Shown here in pieces: positions 63,460-64,000 of a stretch of 64,000 nt of DNA. Each line of letters begins with the position of its first letter. The first letter of the stretch is position 1. The stretch is taken from positions 9,883,846 through 9,947,845 of the forward strand of contig CM082577.2 in the NCBI GenBank assembly GCA_040954595.2, in the 5' to 3' direction. A model generated the notes under the pieces. It was not told the origin of the DNA, did not search any database, and was given only the letters and a program-made list of their open reading frames with translations. The stretch is from Balanoglossus misakiensis (lineage: Eukaryota > Animalia > Hemichordata). A program made the position numbers and the translations under genes.

Positions 63460-64000
63460 GAAAATTTCTGTCAACGACACGAAGAGCACTACCGGTAACT
63501 CATAAGCAAGCAAACGTTTTTATATACACAGTGTTTTTGATAGTTGAACATTTCAGGTTTGTAACAAAAATAATCACCAAGTAATAGGCTGATAATTTTA
63601 TCAACTTTAAGAAACATTTTTCGGCTATTAATTATGTATAAACTTACCCTGAATGTAGCCTATTAATATTCTTGATATATTATCGTTCAAATATCATCTA
63701 AATGTTTTGAGCTATTTTTGTAGTTGTATAGTTGTTTGTGTATGGTCGTCAATTCTGAATAAACTTTGATAATTCAGTTTTTTCCTGTATTTCATAGTGG
63801 AACTCTACTTGTGTTAAAAGGCTCAGTGTTTTATAATGTCTAAAAATCATCTTTTGGCCAAAAGACTTGGTGTTATTTTCTGATGATCCTAAAATATCTG
63901 CACTGTCAAAATGGCTGTTATTTGAATACTTACTGCCAATATATAATCTCTTAAAGTTAGCTATTTATTTTCTTTCACATATAATATAACGTATATTTCT

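Overview
Eukaryotic (animal) genomic DNA with GT-AG spliced genes, microsatellites and small TIR elements. An invertebrate deuterostome such as a hemichordate or echinoderm is my inference, not something shown directly. The window holds (i) four paralogous 9-exon type-B carboxyl/cholinesterase genes (10.2-43.9 kb), each with an intact Ser-Glu-His triad. Genes 2 and 4 form a ~5.4 kb inverted duplication around gene 3, each carrying an intronic tRNA-Lys(CTT), and gene 2 has a 4-bp frameshift that removes its GPI-type tail. It also holds (ii) a two-exon otopetrin proton-channel gene (45.8-48.9 kb) and (iii) the standout: a DEG/ENaC channel gene (~50.9-63.5 kb) whose extracellular finger region carries 13 LDL-receptor class A modules, each on its own phase 1-1 exon, i.e. 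a candidate receptor-channel chimera of about 1,100 aa. Non-genic features include a ~1.84 kb pure (GTAT)n tract, TTAA-flanked MITE-like elements, palindromic elements and a LINE remnant. All exon coordinates were read by eye and need RNA-seq confirmation.
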